A stretch of 64,000 nucleotides of DNA from Centroscyllium fabricii (lineage: Eukaryota), in assembly GCA_051313645.2 (NCBI GenBank), contig JBNRSN020000025.1, forward strand, positions 36,518,001 through 36,582,000. Direction: 5' to 3'. The notes beneath the pieces were generated by a model. That model was not told the origin of the DNA, ran no database searches, and worked only from the letters and a program-made list of their open reading frames with translations. Each line of letters begins with the position of its first letter. Positions within the stretch are counted from its first letter, which is position 1. This document shows positions 1-10,994 of the stretch, one piece after another. Made by a program: the position numbers and the translations under genes.

Positions 1-3000
1 TCCCGACTCCATTTTGGGTTCAGCTCTTAGCTTCCACACTGGTGATCCCGACGCTCAGGACGATTCCTAAGCGAAACCATGGCTGACACAAACACAGTTT
101 CAGTGAAGCTGCCGGAGTTTTGGGAGAATGGCCGCCACCTGGTTCCTTCAGGTTGAATCGCAATTCCAACTCCGTGGCATCACCGCCGACACAACAAAGT
201 ACGACAACCTCCTCGCCTCCCTGAGCTGCTCCACAGTCTCGAAAGTCTGGTCAACGCTACAAAACACAGCAGGGACCGGCAAGTACGCGCATCTCAAGGC
301 CGCGCTCGTTTAAAAAATTCACAGCCTCCCAGTTCTTGCGCAACTGCCAACTCCTCGACCTCCCGGGCTTCGGTGACTCCACGCCGTCAGACTTGCTCTC
401 ACACATGCTCGCTCTGACCGACGAGAACCCGCCCGGCTCCCTCTTCCGCACGCTCTTTATCCGGCAGCTACCTCTCAGCATTCGCCCGACGATCGTGGCG
501 TCCAGCCTCACGGACCTCGAGGCCCTGGCTGCCCAAGCTGATGAGCTCCTGTCCGCCAGCTCCACCCACGCCGTCACCCCCGACCTGGCCTTCGCAGCGA
601 CGGCGCGCGCGCTCCACCCGCTATCGCGCGGCCGCACAGCTCAGCCACGAGGCCCCCAAGCCTCCCGAACAAGGGCTACTGCTGCTACCATGCCCGGTTT
701 GGCGCACGGGCACGCCGCTGCAGCCAGCCCTGCGCGTTTCCAATCGCCTCCGCACCCGTCCTCACCATGGTCGTGGGGCAAGCAGGCGCGCTGCTGTATG
801 TTTGTGACGGCACCTCTGGGCACCGTTTCCTATGCGACACGGGCGTGCAGCACAGTATCATCCCCGCGTCCACCCTCGAGATCCAGCGGGGCGGCCACGG
901 CCGTGCGCTGGCTGCCGCCAATGGCACCGACATCCGTACGTACGGCACCCGCACCGTCGCCATTGACCTCGCAGGCCGCCGCTACCACTGAGAGTTTATC
1001 ACCGTCGAGGTGCTCTCCCCGCTCCTCGGTGCAGATTTCCTGTGCGTCCACGGCCTGTTGGTCGACATGCCTGAGCACCGCCTCGTGGACATGTCCCTCA
1101 TGTCGCCCATCCCGGGCGCCATGGTCCCCCCAACCCGCCGACATGGCGTGGCAGTGCCACGCCCACTCAACAGACGCCTACTCCGCACTCCTGGCTGAGT
1201 TCCCAACCCTCACCAACCCGACCTCCGCGAAGGTTGCCAAACACAGGGTAGAAAACTTCACCTCCACCACAGGCCCCCCAGTGTATGCCCACGCCCGTAG
1301 GCTGGACCCGGCCAAGCTGGAGGTCGCGTGGACCAAGTTCGCCACAATGAAAAATAGAAGATAGGAGCAGGAGTAGGCCATTCGGCCCCTCGAGCCTGCT
1401 CCGCCATTCAGTGAGATCATGGCTGATCATCCAAACTCAGTACCCTGTCCCTGCCTTCTCCCCGTATCCCTTGATCCCTCTAGCCTTAAGAAATACATCC
1501 AGCTCCTTGAATATATTCAATGAACTAGCCTCCACCGCCCTCTGTGGTAGAGAATTCCACAGGTTCACCACTCTCTGGGTGAAGAAATCCCTCCTCATCT
1601 CTGTCCTAAAGGAGTTACCCCTTATCCTTAGACTATGACCCCTGGTTCTGGACTCTCCGACCATCGGGAACATTCTTCCTGCATCAAGTTTGTCCAGACC
1701 AGTTAGAATTTTATACATTTCAATGAGATCCCCTCTCAATCTTCTAAACTCCAGAGAGTACAAACCCAGTCTCTCCTCATACGTCAATCCTGCCATCCCA
1801 GGTATCAGCCTGGTGAATCTCCTCTGAGAAACAACTCGGCATCATCCGCCACTCCAACAGCCCCTGGGCCTCCCCACTCCACATCGTCCCCAAACCGGGC
1901 AGAGGATGGCGCACCTGTGGGGACTACCGGCGCCTAAGCGCAACCACCCCATCCCGCACATTCAGGACTTCAAGGCTAGACTGGCCGGCTGCTCAGTCTT
2001 CTCTAAAGTCGACCTGGTGCGTGGTTACCATCAGGTGCCAGTCCCCCCACGGACGTTCCCAAGAGGGCCATCATCACCCCTTTTGGGCTATTCGAGTTCC
2101 TTCGAATGCCCTTCGCCCTCAAAAACACGGCCCAGGCCTTCCAGCGGCTCATGGACTCGGTCCTCCGGGACCAGAAGTTCCTCTTTGTCTACCTGGACGA
2201 CATCCTGGTAGCTAGTCCCTCCAAACAGGAACACATCCCGCACCCTGTTCCAGCGGCTCAGTGAGCACGGGCTCATCATCAGCCCAGCCAAGTGCCAGTT
2301 CGGCCTCCGCGAGGTCGAATTCCAGGGCCACCACATCACGCAGGACAGAGCCATTCCCCTGCCCGCCAAGGTGCAGGATGTCCAGCAGTTCCCCAGGCCC
2401 ACCACCATCAAAGGCCTCCAGGAGTTCTTGGGGATGATCAATTTTTACAACCACTTCATCCCCAGAGCGGCCTCCTTCATGCGGCCCCTATACGAAGCCC
2501 TCCGGGGCAAGAAGGACAAAATGGCGATCAAGTGGTCGGCAGACATGTTGGCTGCCTTCGACTCGACCAAAAGGGCGCTCGCTGACGCCACCATGCTCGC
2601 TCAGCCATAGTCAACGCCAAGGTGGCCCTCACCACAGACGCCTCCGACCACGCGATCGGCGCCGTGTACGAGCAGTGGGTCGCTGGTGCCTGGCAGCCGC
2701 TGGCCTTTTTCAGCCACCAACTGCGCCCCCCGGAGGCCAAATACAGCGCCTTCGACTGCAAACTCCTCTCACTGTACCTAGTGGTCCACTATTTTAGATT
2801 TCTTCTGGAGGGCCGTCCCTTCACCGCGTTTGTCGACCACAAACCCCTGACATTCGCGATGGCGAAATCTATGGACCCGTGGTCAGCCAGGCAGCAGCGC
2901 TCACCTGGCAGTGGACTATGCACAACTGGCAGCAGAGCAACGCACCGACCCCGATCTGCTCTCTGCACCCACAAACCTCCCAGGGCTGCGACTGACCGAC

Positions 3001-4250
3001 ATCGCCTGCGGCCTGTCCGCCATCACAGTCACATGCGACACCTCCTTGGCGCAGCCCCGCCCCGTGGTCCCGGCGTCCTGGTGAAAACGGGTGTTCGACA
3101 CCATCCATAGCCTCCCATCCCGGCACCCGCGCGTCCTTTAAACTGGTGACCAACCGATTTGTCTGGCGCGGCCTGCGTAAAGTTGTGCGTGCCTGGGCCA
3201 ACTCCTGCATAGCTTGCCAGCGTGCCAAAATCCACCGGCATATCAAAGCCCCACTCGAGTTCATCGTGCCAGAACGGAGGTTCAACCACGTACACATCAA
3301 CCTCTGGGCCGCCATCACCCGCAACCTCGGCGTCGCCGTTCACCGCACCACGGCTTACCACCCACAAGCCAACAGACTGTGAACGATTCCACAGGTCCAT
3401 GAAGGCGTCCCTCCGCGCCAGCCTCGAGGACGAGACTTGAATCGACCGCCTCCCGTGGGTAATACTCGAGCTATGCTCCACGGTCAAGCAAGACCTACAA
3501 GCCTCGGCGGCAGAACTCGTGTATGGCCAGCTGCTGCGCGTACCCGGAGAGTTCCTGCCCACCGCCAGGGCACCCTGGTCAGCCAACCAGCAACGCCACA
3601 CTTTCGCCAACCGAGCACAACAGTTCGCCCCTGTACCCACCAGCCGGCACGGTGAACCAGCAACCCGCGTACCACCTAGCCTGCACATGGCCAAATTTGT
3701 TTTCATACGCCATGACGCCCACCGAGGTCCTTTACGGCCCCCATACGACAGACCCTACAAGGTTCTCCAGACGGGGAACAAGTTCTTCCTCCTCGAAGTA
3801 GGCGGCAGAACCGACAAGGTGTCAGTCGACCGGCTCAAACTGGCGCACCTGGAGCCCGGCGAACCTGTTCAAGCGGGCCAGCCCCCACCGCGGGGCAGAC
3901 CGCCTAAGAGCCCAACCCATCCGACCGCCCCACACTCTACACCAACCGCCAAGAGCCGTTCCGGCTGTGCCATCAAACCGCCACACCGGTTCGTACACTC
4001 CCTACTAGTGGATTCTGGGATGAGCTGTGTTGTGCACCGATCACAGAATGGACACAATCCGCTTTTCGGCCTGTAGACTTTAAATCAGGCGCCATGCCTT
4101 TAAGAGGCATCGTGCCTTTAAGAGACCCTGCCGGTATATAAATAGCCCAAGGGCGGGAAAATACCAGTTGAAGCTGCTGTTTGAAATAAAGTAGTCTGAC
4201 TGTTCGTGTGCCTCTCGACTCCATTTTGGGTTCAGCTCTTAGCTTCCACA
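1..4250 (+). mobile_element. Decayed Ty3/Gypsy LTR retrotransposon (end of 5' LTR at 1-38, PBS, gag-pol, 3' LTR ~4028-4250)
   Basis: 1-38 matches 4213-4250 at 37/38 nt. PBS TGGTGATCCCGACG (40-53) resembles the tRNA-Trp complement. Gag VKLPEFW..WF.QVESQF, protease FLCDTG, RT YLDDILV, RNase H TTDASDHAIGAV, integrase zinc-binding and GPY/F-like motifs are spread over frameshifted ORFs. Confidence 0.93.
1352..1826 (-). mobile_element. HER1/CR1 LINE 3' fragment inserted in the Gypsy RT
   Basis: ORF 1437-1796 (LGLYSLEFRRLRGDLIE...FFTQRVVNLWNSLP) plus the CR1 3' tail; the Gypsy RT resumes after it (QLGIIR). Confidence 0.92.
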
Positions 4251-4309
4251 ATATCTTTTTTTACTTTATTGTAATCAAGAGATTCCTTTCACATTTATTT
4301 TGAGAATCC

Positions 4310-4652
4310 AATTAAGTATTTATGAAGTGTAGTCACTGTAGGAAACCTGGCTGCCAATTTGCATACAGCAAGGTCCCACAAACAGCAGTGAGATAAATGA
4401 CAGGATAATCTGTTGGTTGCAGGTTAAATATTGGCCAGGACAGCAAGGAGAACTCTCCTGCGAATAGTGCCACAGGATCTTTTATGTCCACCTGAAAGGG
4501 CAGATGGGGCCTCATTTTAACATCTCAAGAAAGATGGCATCTCTGACTGCAACTGAATTGTTGGGGTAGATTATGAGCTCATGTCCCTGGAGTGAATCAT
4601 GAACCCACAACCTTCTGACTTGGATGAGTGGGCTGCCACTGAGCCACAGCTG
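4310..4652 (-). mobile_element. Deu-domain tRNA-derived SINE (SacSINE1-like), degenerate
   Basis: Reverse-complement similarity to the copy at 13400-13805. Confidence 0.7.
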
Positions 4653-4778
4653 ACATTATGTAATGAAATGATGCATTAGAGTTTTTAAAGAGCATGCCAC
4701 AAACAAAGCATTTAATAACAGGTCTCATCAGAATGATTGCATTCATGTGGCAGCAGGTGTGAATTATTTTCTGCGTGC

Positions 4779-5989
4779 CTAACTGGTGGATGACTCTCCA
4801 GTGTGAGTGCACAGATGTTTTGTCATGCTAGCTGACTGAGTGAATCTTTTCCCACATACAGAGCAGGTAAATGGCCTCTCGCCAGTGTGAATGTGCTGGT
4901 GTTTTGAGGCTTGAAGAATCAACAAATCCCTTCCCGCACACTGAACAAGTGATTGACTTCTCTCCAATGTGAACACGCTGGTGTGTCAACATGTGGGATA
5001 GCTGAGCAAATCCCTTTTCACACACTGAGCAAGTGAACGGCCTCTCCCCTCTCCAATGTGAACACGCTGGTGTGTCAACATGTGGGATAGCTGAGCAAAT
5101 CCCTTTTCACACACTGAGCAAGTGAACGGCCTCTCCCCAGTGTGAATGCGCTGGTGTGTCTGCAGGTTGAATGACTGAGTGAATCCCTTCCCGCACACTA
5201 AGCAGATGAATAGCTTCCCTTCAGTGTGAATGCATTGGTGTGTCAGCATATCCAATGATTTATCCCTTCCCACACACTGAGCAGGTGAAGGGTCTCTCTC
5301 CAGTGTGAATGTGCCGATGTGTCAGCAGGTTGGTTGAATTGATGAATCCTTTTCCACACACTGAGCAGATGAACAGTCTGTCCTCCATGTGAAGATGCTG
5401 GTGTGTCAGCAGGTTCGATTTAAAAGTGAATCTCTTCCCACAGTCGGAGCAGATGAATGACTTCTCTCCAGTGTGAACTCGCTGGTGTTTAACCAGGTTA
5501 GATTTAAAAGTGAATCCCTTCCCACAGTCGGAGCAAATAAATGGCCTCTCTCCCGTGTGAATTCGCAGGTGTTTCAGCAGGTTGGAAGATACAGTGAATC
5601 CCTTCCCACACTCTGAGCAGATGAACGGCTTCTGTCCGGTGTGGATGTGCTGGTGTTCCAGAAGGCGGGATGGCACGGTGAATCCCTTCCCACACTCTGA
5701 GCAGGTGTACGGCCTCTCACCGCCGTGAATGGTGGAATGCCGCTTTAGGTTGTAGGCCTGATTGAAGCTCTTGCCACAGTCTGGACATTGAAACACCTTC
5801 ACTCGGACATGTCTCCCGGTGCTTCTGCAGCCACTGTGGCGTCTTAAACCCTTTCCCACAGACTGAGCAGAGAAAGGGCTTCCCTGCTACCCTCACAGGT
5901 TGCTGCTCTGCAGGCCGAGCTGGGTGCAGGCTGCTGCTCAAGGCCTGGGGGGTTGCTGGGTTCCAGCTTTCTGTTTGCAATCCTTCCAT
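4779..5989 (-). pseudogene. C2H2 (Kruppel-type) zinc-finger array gene, ~13 fingers, ~4 frameshifts
   Basis: ATG at 5989 (MEGLQTESWNP). Repeated CxxCGKGF...LxxHxxxH-TGERP units continue through ORFs 5717-5995, 5260-5859, 4986-5273, 4828-5025 and 4779-4976, changing frame near 5800, 5260, 5045 and 4900. Confidence 0.85.
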
Positions 5990-6051
5990 CTCCAATACTG
6001 GCAGGCCTGGGCCTCAGTCTCTCTGCTCTCCCCGACTGGAGCTCCAATTTT

Positions 6052-6240
6052 GAAAAACAGAAAATGCTGGAAAAACTCAACAGGTCAGGCAACATCCGTG
6101 GGGAGAAATATAGAGTCGACGTTTCGGCATGATCTCTTTGTCAAGAGTAAAGCCAGGAAATGAGAGAGTTAGGCAGGCAGGGGGCTGGGAGGGAACAGAA
6201 AAGAAAGTGAAGAGAGAACAAAAGGAAAAGACGTTAAGAG
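6052..6240 (-). mobile_element. Penelope-like pseudo-LTR remnant with a degenerate hammerhead
   Basis: Similar to 46540-46780 and 62731-62870; minus strand reads TTGACAAAGAGATCATGCCGAAACGTCGACTC. Confidence 0.7.
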
Positions 6241-6329
6241 GTATTCAATGCAGATGCAGCTCCTAATTTTTATTGTTCCTTCCCTCCGCTGCAAAATGGT
6301 TCCTACTTCTTGCTTTTCACTGGTGGCTG

Positions 6330-6450
6330 GGTTGAGCCCTGTGATTGACAGCTACTCCGGGATGGGGGGGACGCGTGCTTCTTGCGCATGCGCTCTGAGG
6401 GCCCGGCCCTGGTTGCCAGGTGACAGCGTCCTGGTGTTTAAAGATGGCGT
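6330..6450. promoter_or_regulatory. CpG-rich putative bidirectional promoter
   Basis: NRF1 palindrome GCGCATGCGC 6384-6393, X-box-like GTTGCCAGGTGAC 6412-6424 and YY1-like AAGATGGCG overlapping the ATG at 6444; lies between divergent genes. Confidence 0.6.
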
Positions 6451-6531
6451 CGCGCTGGCGGCTGCTGCTATTGGTGGCGGCGGCGGTGGGCGGGGCCGGC
6501 CCGGAGGGGGAGGCGGAGCCAGAGCAAGGAG
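6444..6531 (+). CDS. THSD8: Exon 1 (signal peptide) of a secreted TSP1-like protein, THSD8-like
   Basis: Kozak AAGATGG; MASRWRLLLLVAAAVGGAGPEGEAEPEQG; phase-1 donor GAG|GTAAAT, compatible with exon 2. Confidence 0.7.
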
Positions 6532-6767
6532 GTAAATGGCGAGGACGGGAAAGCCAGGCTGTCGCACCCCAAACCCAGGCCCCAGTCTGGGGAAAGGCCG
6601 GGGGGGGAAAGTCAGGCCAAGGGTTGGGGCGCTGGCTGTCAGAGGCCAGTGAACGTGAACGTGAACGTGAACGTGAAGCAATTCCGCCGGTGGCAGAGTG
6701 AAATCAGCAACGATTCGTGACCTCGGCCCATTGGAACAAACTAAACCCGACAAAGCCTGATATTAAC

Positions 6768-7771
6768 AGCAAATGCTGGAAAAACTCAGCAGGCCAGGCA
6801 ACATCCGTGGAGAGAAATATGGAGTAAAGGGTCTGAACCCGAAACGTCGACTCAATTCAATTCAAATTGCTTTATTGGTATGACAAGATACATCTTATGT
6901 TGCCAAAGCACAGAAAAAGGACATATAAAATTGAACATACACATGCAGATCTAGACATACAGTGAATGGACAAATATACCCATGTATACATATACATACA
7001 CACATATAATACACATATAATCTTTTCTTAGATTCAATGGTCACTGGTTGTCCCTCTGCTTATGGCAAGCTGTGACGTAGTTTGCCGCTAATTTTACACA
7101 GTTCCTCTGTTCCCCCAATAGATATGGGAGTTTTTGGTGGTCGTTCAAATTTTTGAATTCAGGGCATGTTTTTATGAATTTTGGGTAGAAATTTCCCCTT
7201 ATGTCCTGATAGTTTTCACAAGTTGTGAGGAAGTGCAGCTCTGTCTCCACCACTCCCTGACTGCAGTGAGAGCACAGCCTTTCCTCTCTGGGCAGCCAGG
7301 TCTGCCTGTGTCTGCCTTTTTCAATGGCTAGGTTATGCTCACTACGTCTGTACATTGTCAGGGTTTTTCTCAGTTTGCTATCTTTCACCATGACTCTATA
7401 TTTCTTTCCACGGATGTTGCCTGGCCTACTGAGTTTTTCCAGCATTTTCTGTTGTTATTTCGGATTTCCAGCATCCGCAGTATTTTGCTATCATGAGGCT
7501 AGGTTCAGATCAGCCATGTGATCTCCTGGACAAGTTTTGATCGCCTAGATGGGTCGGAGAGGAATTTCTCAGATTTTTTCTCCCAAATTGGCACCTGGAT
7601 TTTTAATCTGGTTTTCCGCCTCTCCCGGGATCTCACATGGGTTCGGGTGGGATGGAGAGCAAAAGTAGATTTGAGGTTAGGATCAGATCAGCCATGATCT
7701 TGTTGAATGGCGGAGCGGGCTTGAAGGGCCGATTGGCCTACTCCTGCTCCTATTTCTTATGTTCTTATGTA
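6768..7771 (+). mobile_element. Composite insertion: Penelope pLTR inverted repeat plus CR1 3' end, bounded by a 16-bp TSD
   Basis: AAAGCCTGATATTAAC at 6752-6767 and 7772-7787; inverted arms ~6768-6826 and ~7394-7452; CR1 tail at ~7495-7771. Confidence 0.75.
6854..7392 (-). mobile_element. RTEX-like non-LTR retrotransposon 3' end with CCHC motif
   Basis: HNLAIEKGRH...PREERLCSHC...ETELHFLTTC; AATAAA followed by a (TTGAA)n tail; GACTC duplicated on both sides. Clade assignment is from memory. Confidence 0.7.
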
Positions 7772-8229
7772 AAAGCCTGATATTAACCGGCGGGAAGGTG
7801 TCACCTCAGCACCTGGGGAGCATCTGGTGGCTGGCTGGTGTCTGTGAGGAATGTGAGTGACCCCCTGTGTCAAACACTGCTGGGATTTGACCCTCTGCTC
7901 AGGGCTGATCTCCCGGGTCTGAGTTTGTTCCCTGGCTCTGTCGCTGAGTGAGTTTATCTGGGACCAGATTAAGACCTAAAGCCATGGTGGAGTGAGATGG
8001 GGTGGGGAGTGGGGATTTTCTTGTGGAGCACATGTGGTTACTGTCACAAGGACAGAAGCTTCTCAAATATGCAGCAGCATTGATGAAGCCAATCCCCAGA
8101 AAGGCCGGTTAAACTGGTAAATTGTGAGGAGCTGGGGTCCGTCAGTCTCGGACAGTGAGAGGTTTGTTATTTTTCATTAGAGCTTATGGTTAAGGGACGA
8201 CCTGTTCAAAGTTTCCAAAATTATGAAGG

Positions 8230-9865
8230 GACAGCGGCTGCATGGATACAAAGTTGGCTAAGGGACGGAAAGCAGAGAGTAGTGGTGAAAGGTTGTTTTT
8301 TCCAACTGGAGGGAAGTATACAGTGGTGTTCCCCAGGGGTCAGTATTAGGACCGCTGCTCTTTTCGATACGTATTAATGGCATAAGGGCATAAGTCCAAA
8401 GCTTGCAGATGATCCAAAACTCAGAAATGTGTAGTAAACAATGTGGAGGATAGTAACTGATTTCAGGGGGACACAGACTGGTCAAATGGGCAGATATGTG
8501 GCAGATGAAATTTAACACAAAGAAGTGTGAAGTGATACACTTTGGTAGGAAGAGTCGAAGAGGCAATGTGAACTAATTGGTACAATTTTAAAGCAAGTGT
8601 AGGAACAGAGAGACCTGGGGGTGTATGCACACAAATCCTTGAAGGTAGCAAGACAAGTTTAGAAGGCTGTTAAAACATATGGGATTCTTGACTTTATAAA
8701 TAGAGTACAAAAGCTAAACCTTGAAAAAACACTGGTTAGGCCTCAGCTGGAGTATTGTGTCCAATAATACTGGAGTATTGGGGCGGCACGGTGGCATAGT
8801 GGTTAGCACTGTTGCCTCACAGCACTGGAGACCCGGGTTCAAATCCAGTCTCGGGTACTATCTGTGTGGAGTTTGCACATTCTCCCCGTGTCTGCGTGGG
8901 TTTCCTCCGGGTGCTCCGGTTTCCTCCCACAGTCCAAAGATGTGCGGGTTAGGTTGATTGGCCAGGATAAATTGACCCTTAGTGTTAGGGGGATTAAATA
9001 TGTGGGGTTACGGGGATAGGGTGGGATATGTGTCGGTGCAGGCTCGATAGGGATCGAGGGATATAGGGACAAGGCAGGGGTGGTGTACTGGGTTTGGATG
9101 ATCAGCCATGATCTCATTGAATGGCGGAGCAGGCTCGAAGGGCCGAATGGCCTACTCCTACTCCTGCTCCTATCTTCTATGTTTCTATGGGTCCCCGAAT
9201 GGCCTACTCCTGCTCCTATGTTTCGATGCCTATGTCCAATTCTGGGCACCACATTTTAGGAAGGATGTTAAGGCCTTGGAAAGTGTGCAGAGGAGATTTA
9301 CTAGAATGGTACCAGGGATGCGAGACTTCAGATCCATGGAGAGACTGGAGAAGCTGGGCCTGTTCTCCTTCGAGCAGAGAAGGTTAAGAGGTAATTTGAT
9401 AGGTTGGTTGTTAGGATCAGATCAGCCATGATCTTACTGAATGGCGGGGCAGGCTCGAAGGGCCGATTGGCCTACTCTTGCTCCTATTTCTTATGTTCTT
9501 ATGTTTAGAATCATGAAGGGTTTTGATAGAGTAAATAAGGAGACACTGTTTCCAGTGGCAGAAGGGTTGATAATCAGAGGACACGGATTTAAGGTGATTG
9601 GCAAAAGAACCAGAGGCGACATAAGGAATCATTTTTTACACAGCAAATTGTTGTGACCTGGAATGCGCTGCCTGAAAGGGTGGTGGAAGCAGATTCAATA
9701 ATAACTTTCAAAAGAGAACTGGATAAATACTTGAATGGGGAAATACAGTGTTGTGGGGAAAGAGCAGAGGTATGGGGTTAATGGGATAGCTCTACCGAAG
9801 AGCTGGCACAAGCATGATGGGCCGAATGGTCATCTTCTGTGCTGTATCATTCTGTGATTCTGTGA
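8230..9865 (+). mobile_element. Degenerate CR1 LINE (RT and 3' end) with nested SINE and CR1 tails
   Basis: [10 protein letters not shown]-like [15 protein letters not shown]..., [10 protein letters not shown]; ends in an ATTCTGTG-type tail. Confidence 0.85.
8781..9190 (+). mobile_element. HE1-type tRNA/V-SINE with HER1 tail
   Basis: A box TGGCATAGTGG and B box GGTTCAAATCC; V-domain TGTGTGGAGTTTGCACATTCTCCCCGTG; tail shared with HER1. Confidence 0.88.
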
Positions 9866-10433
9866 AGAGGTAAATAGCCGCTGTCCCTTCATTCCACTAG
9901 TTGGCGAGATAGTGACAGATCCCAAATTTAACACCAGATGGTTAGAATTTCTTTCAGATATCAATGTTGAAGCAGAGTCCATAAATTATTTAAAAGAGAA
10001 TAAGACAGTCATTTGAAAAAGAGGAACAGTGAAATGTTCGGGGAGAGAACAGGACAGTGGGATTAGACTGGTTGCCTCACGTGGGGAAAAGCAGTGGCGA
10101 TGGGCCAAAGCTGTAACATTTTGCGATTCTATGAATTGTAACATCAGGAAATGTCTATTTATGTCATCGTTTCCAAATGGCTAACCACAGAATGGGGAGC
10201 TGCAGATAGCAAAAGAGCAAATACCTTAGATCAGAAAGTTGCTTTGCTGGGTGAAACTTCAGAGTTGAAATGTTTGATATTCTAATCTCTTAAATACTCA
10301 GGGAATCTACAACGACATTAAACACCATCTCGGGGCACTGGGTCGGTGTTGGCCTTGGATTCCAGTTTGTTTAAAGGGGTCTTTAGTTTTGATGAGGTTT
10401 ATGTGCGACTGTCTGCACCTCCTGTCTTCCCAG

Positions 10434-10768
10434 ATGGTCCGGTTTTCCAGTGGATCGAGTGGGAGCCCTGGGTGTGCATGTGTGACATTGGCAAACAAGG
10501 GCGGATCCGCTACTTCGTGATGTCATCGGACATAGCGAGGAGCAACGTGAGCATGGATGAATTCTGGCAGGTGAAGCCGTGCGCCCTCGCCGACTGTGCG
10601 AACTGCCAGACCACTGAGTGCCCGATCCCGGAGGTCGGAGTGAGAGCGGCCCCGCGATTCGGCCGCCGCTTCAGCCGGCCCGCCGCCAGCAACCTGCGAA
10701 TCCCCAACACCAAACCCGCCCAGGCAAATTCCTACGACAGTCTGCCGGTGATCGACGATGTTGGATAA
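10434..10768 (+). CDS. THSD8: Exon 2 of the THSD8-like protein (TSP1-like domain plus C-terminal extension)
   Basis: Acceptor CCTCCTGTCTTCCCAG|; WIEWEPWVCMCDIGKQGRIR...WQVKPCALADCANCQTTEC has the Trp/Cys spacing I recall for THSD8; TAA at 10766-10768; AATAAA at 10804. Confidence 0.75.
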
Positions 10769-10994
10769 GGCTCAGCAGCCTCAAGCTCTGCTCATTTTAC
10801 AGAAATAAATCATATCGCAGACAGTTTATTTAAACTTTGTGTTTCAGTGACCCCCTCAGACTGTCTCCGAGACACAGGTTCCCTTTGACATCCATTTGCC
10901 TGCTCATTCTTACTGAGTTAGTCTAGACAGCGAGTGTGTCCAAACTCAGGTATAGCCGAGCCCAATCCTGTCCTCAAACTAGTTCGACCTGGTC

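Noticed and set aside
336-1364. 342-aa ORF as a novel gene
   Set aside because: Gypsy gag running out of frame over the protease region.
6826-6853. Active hammerhead in the THSD8-like intron
   Set aside because: The CUGANGA half of the core is absent.
8781-8855. tRNA gene
   Set aside because: It is the tRNA-derived head of a multi-copy SINE.
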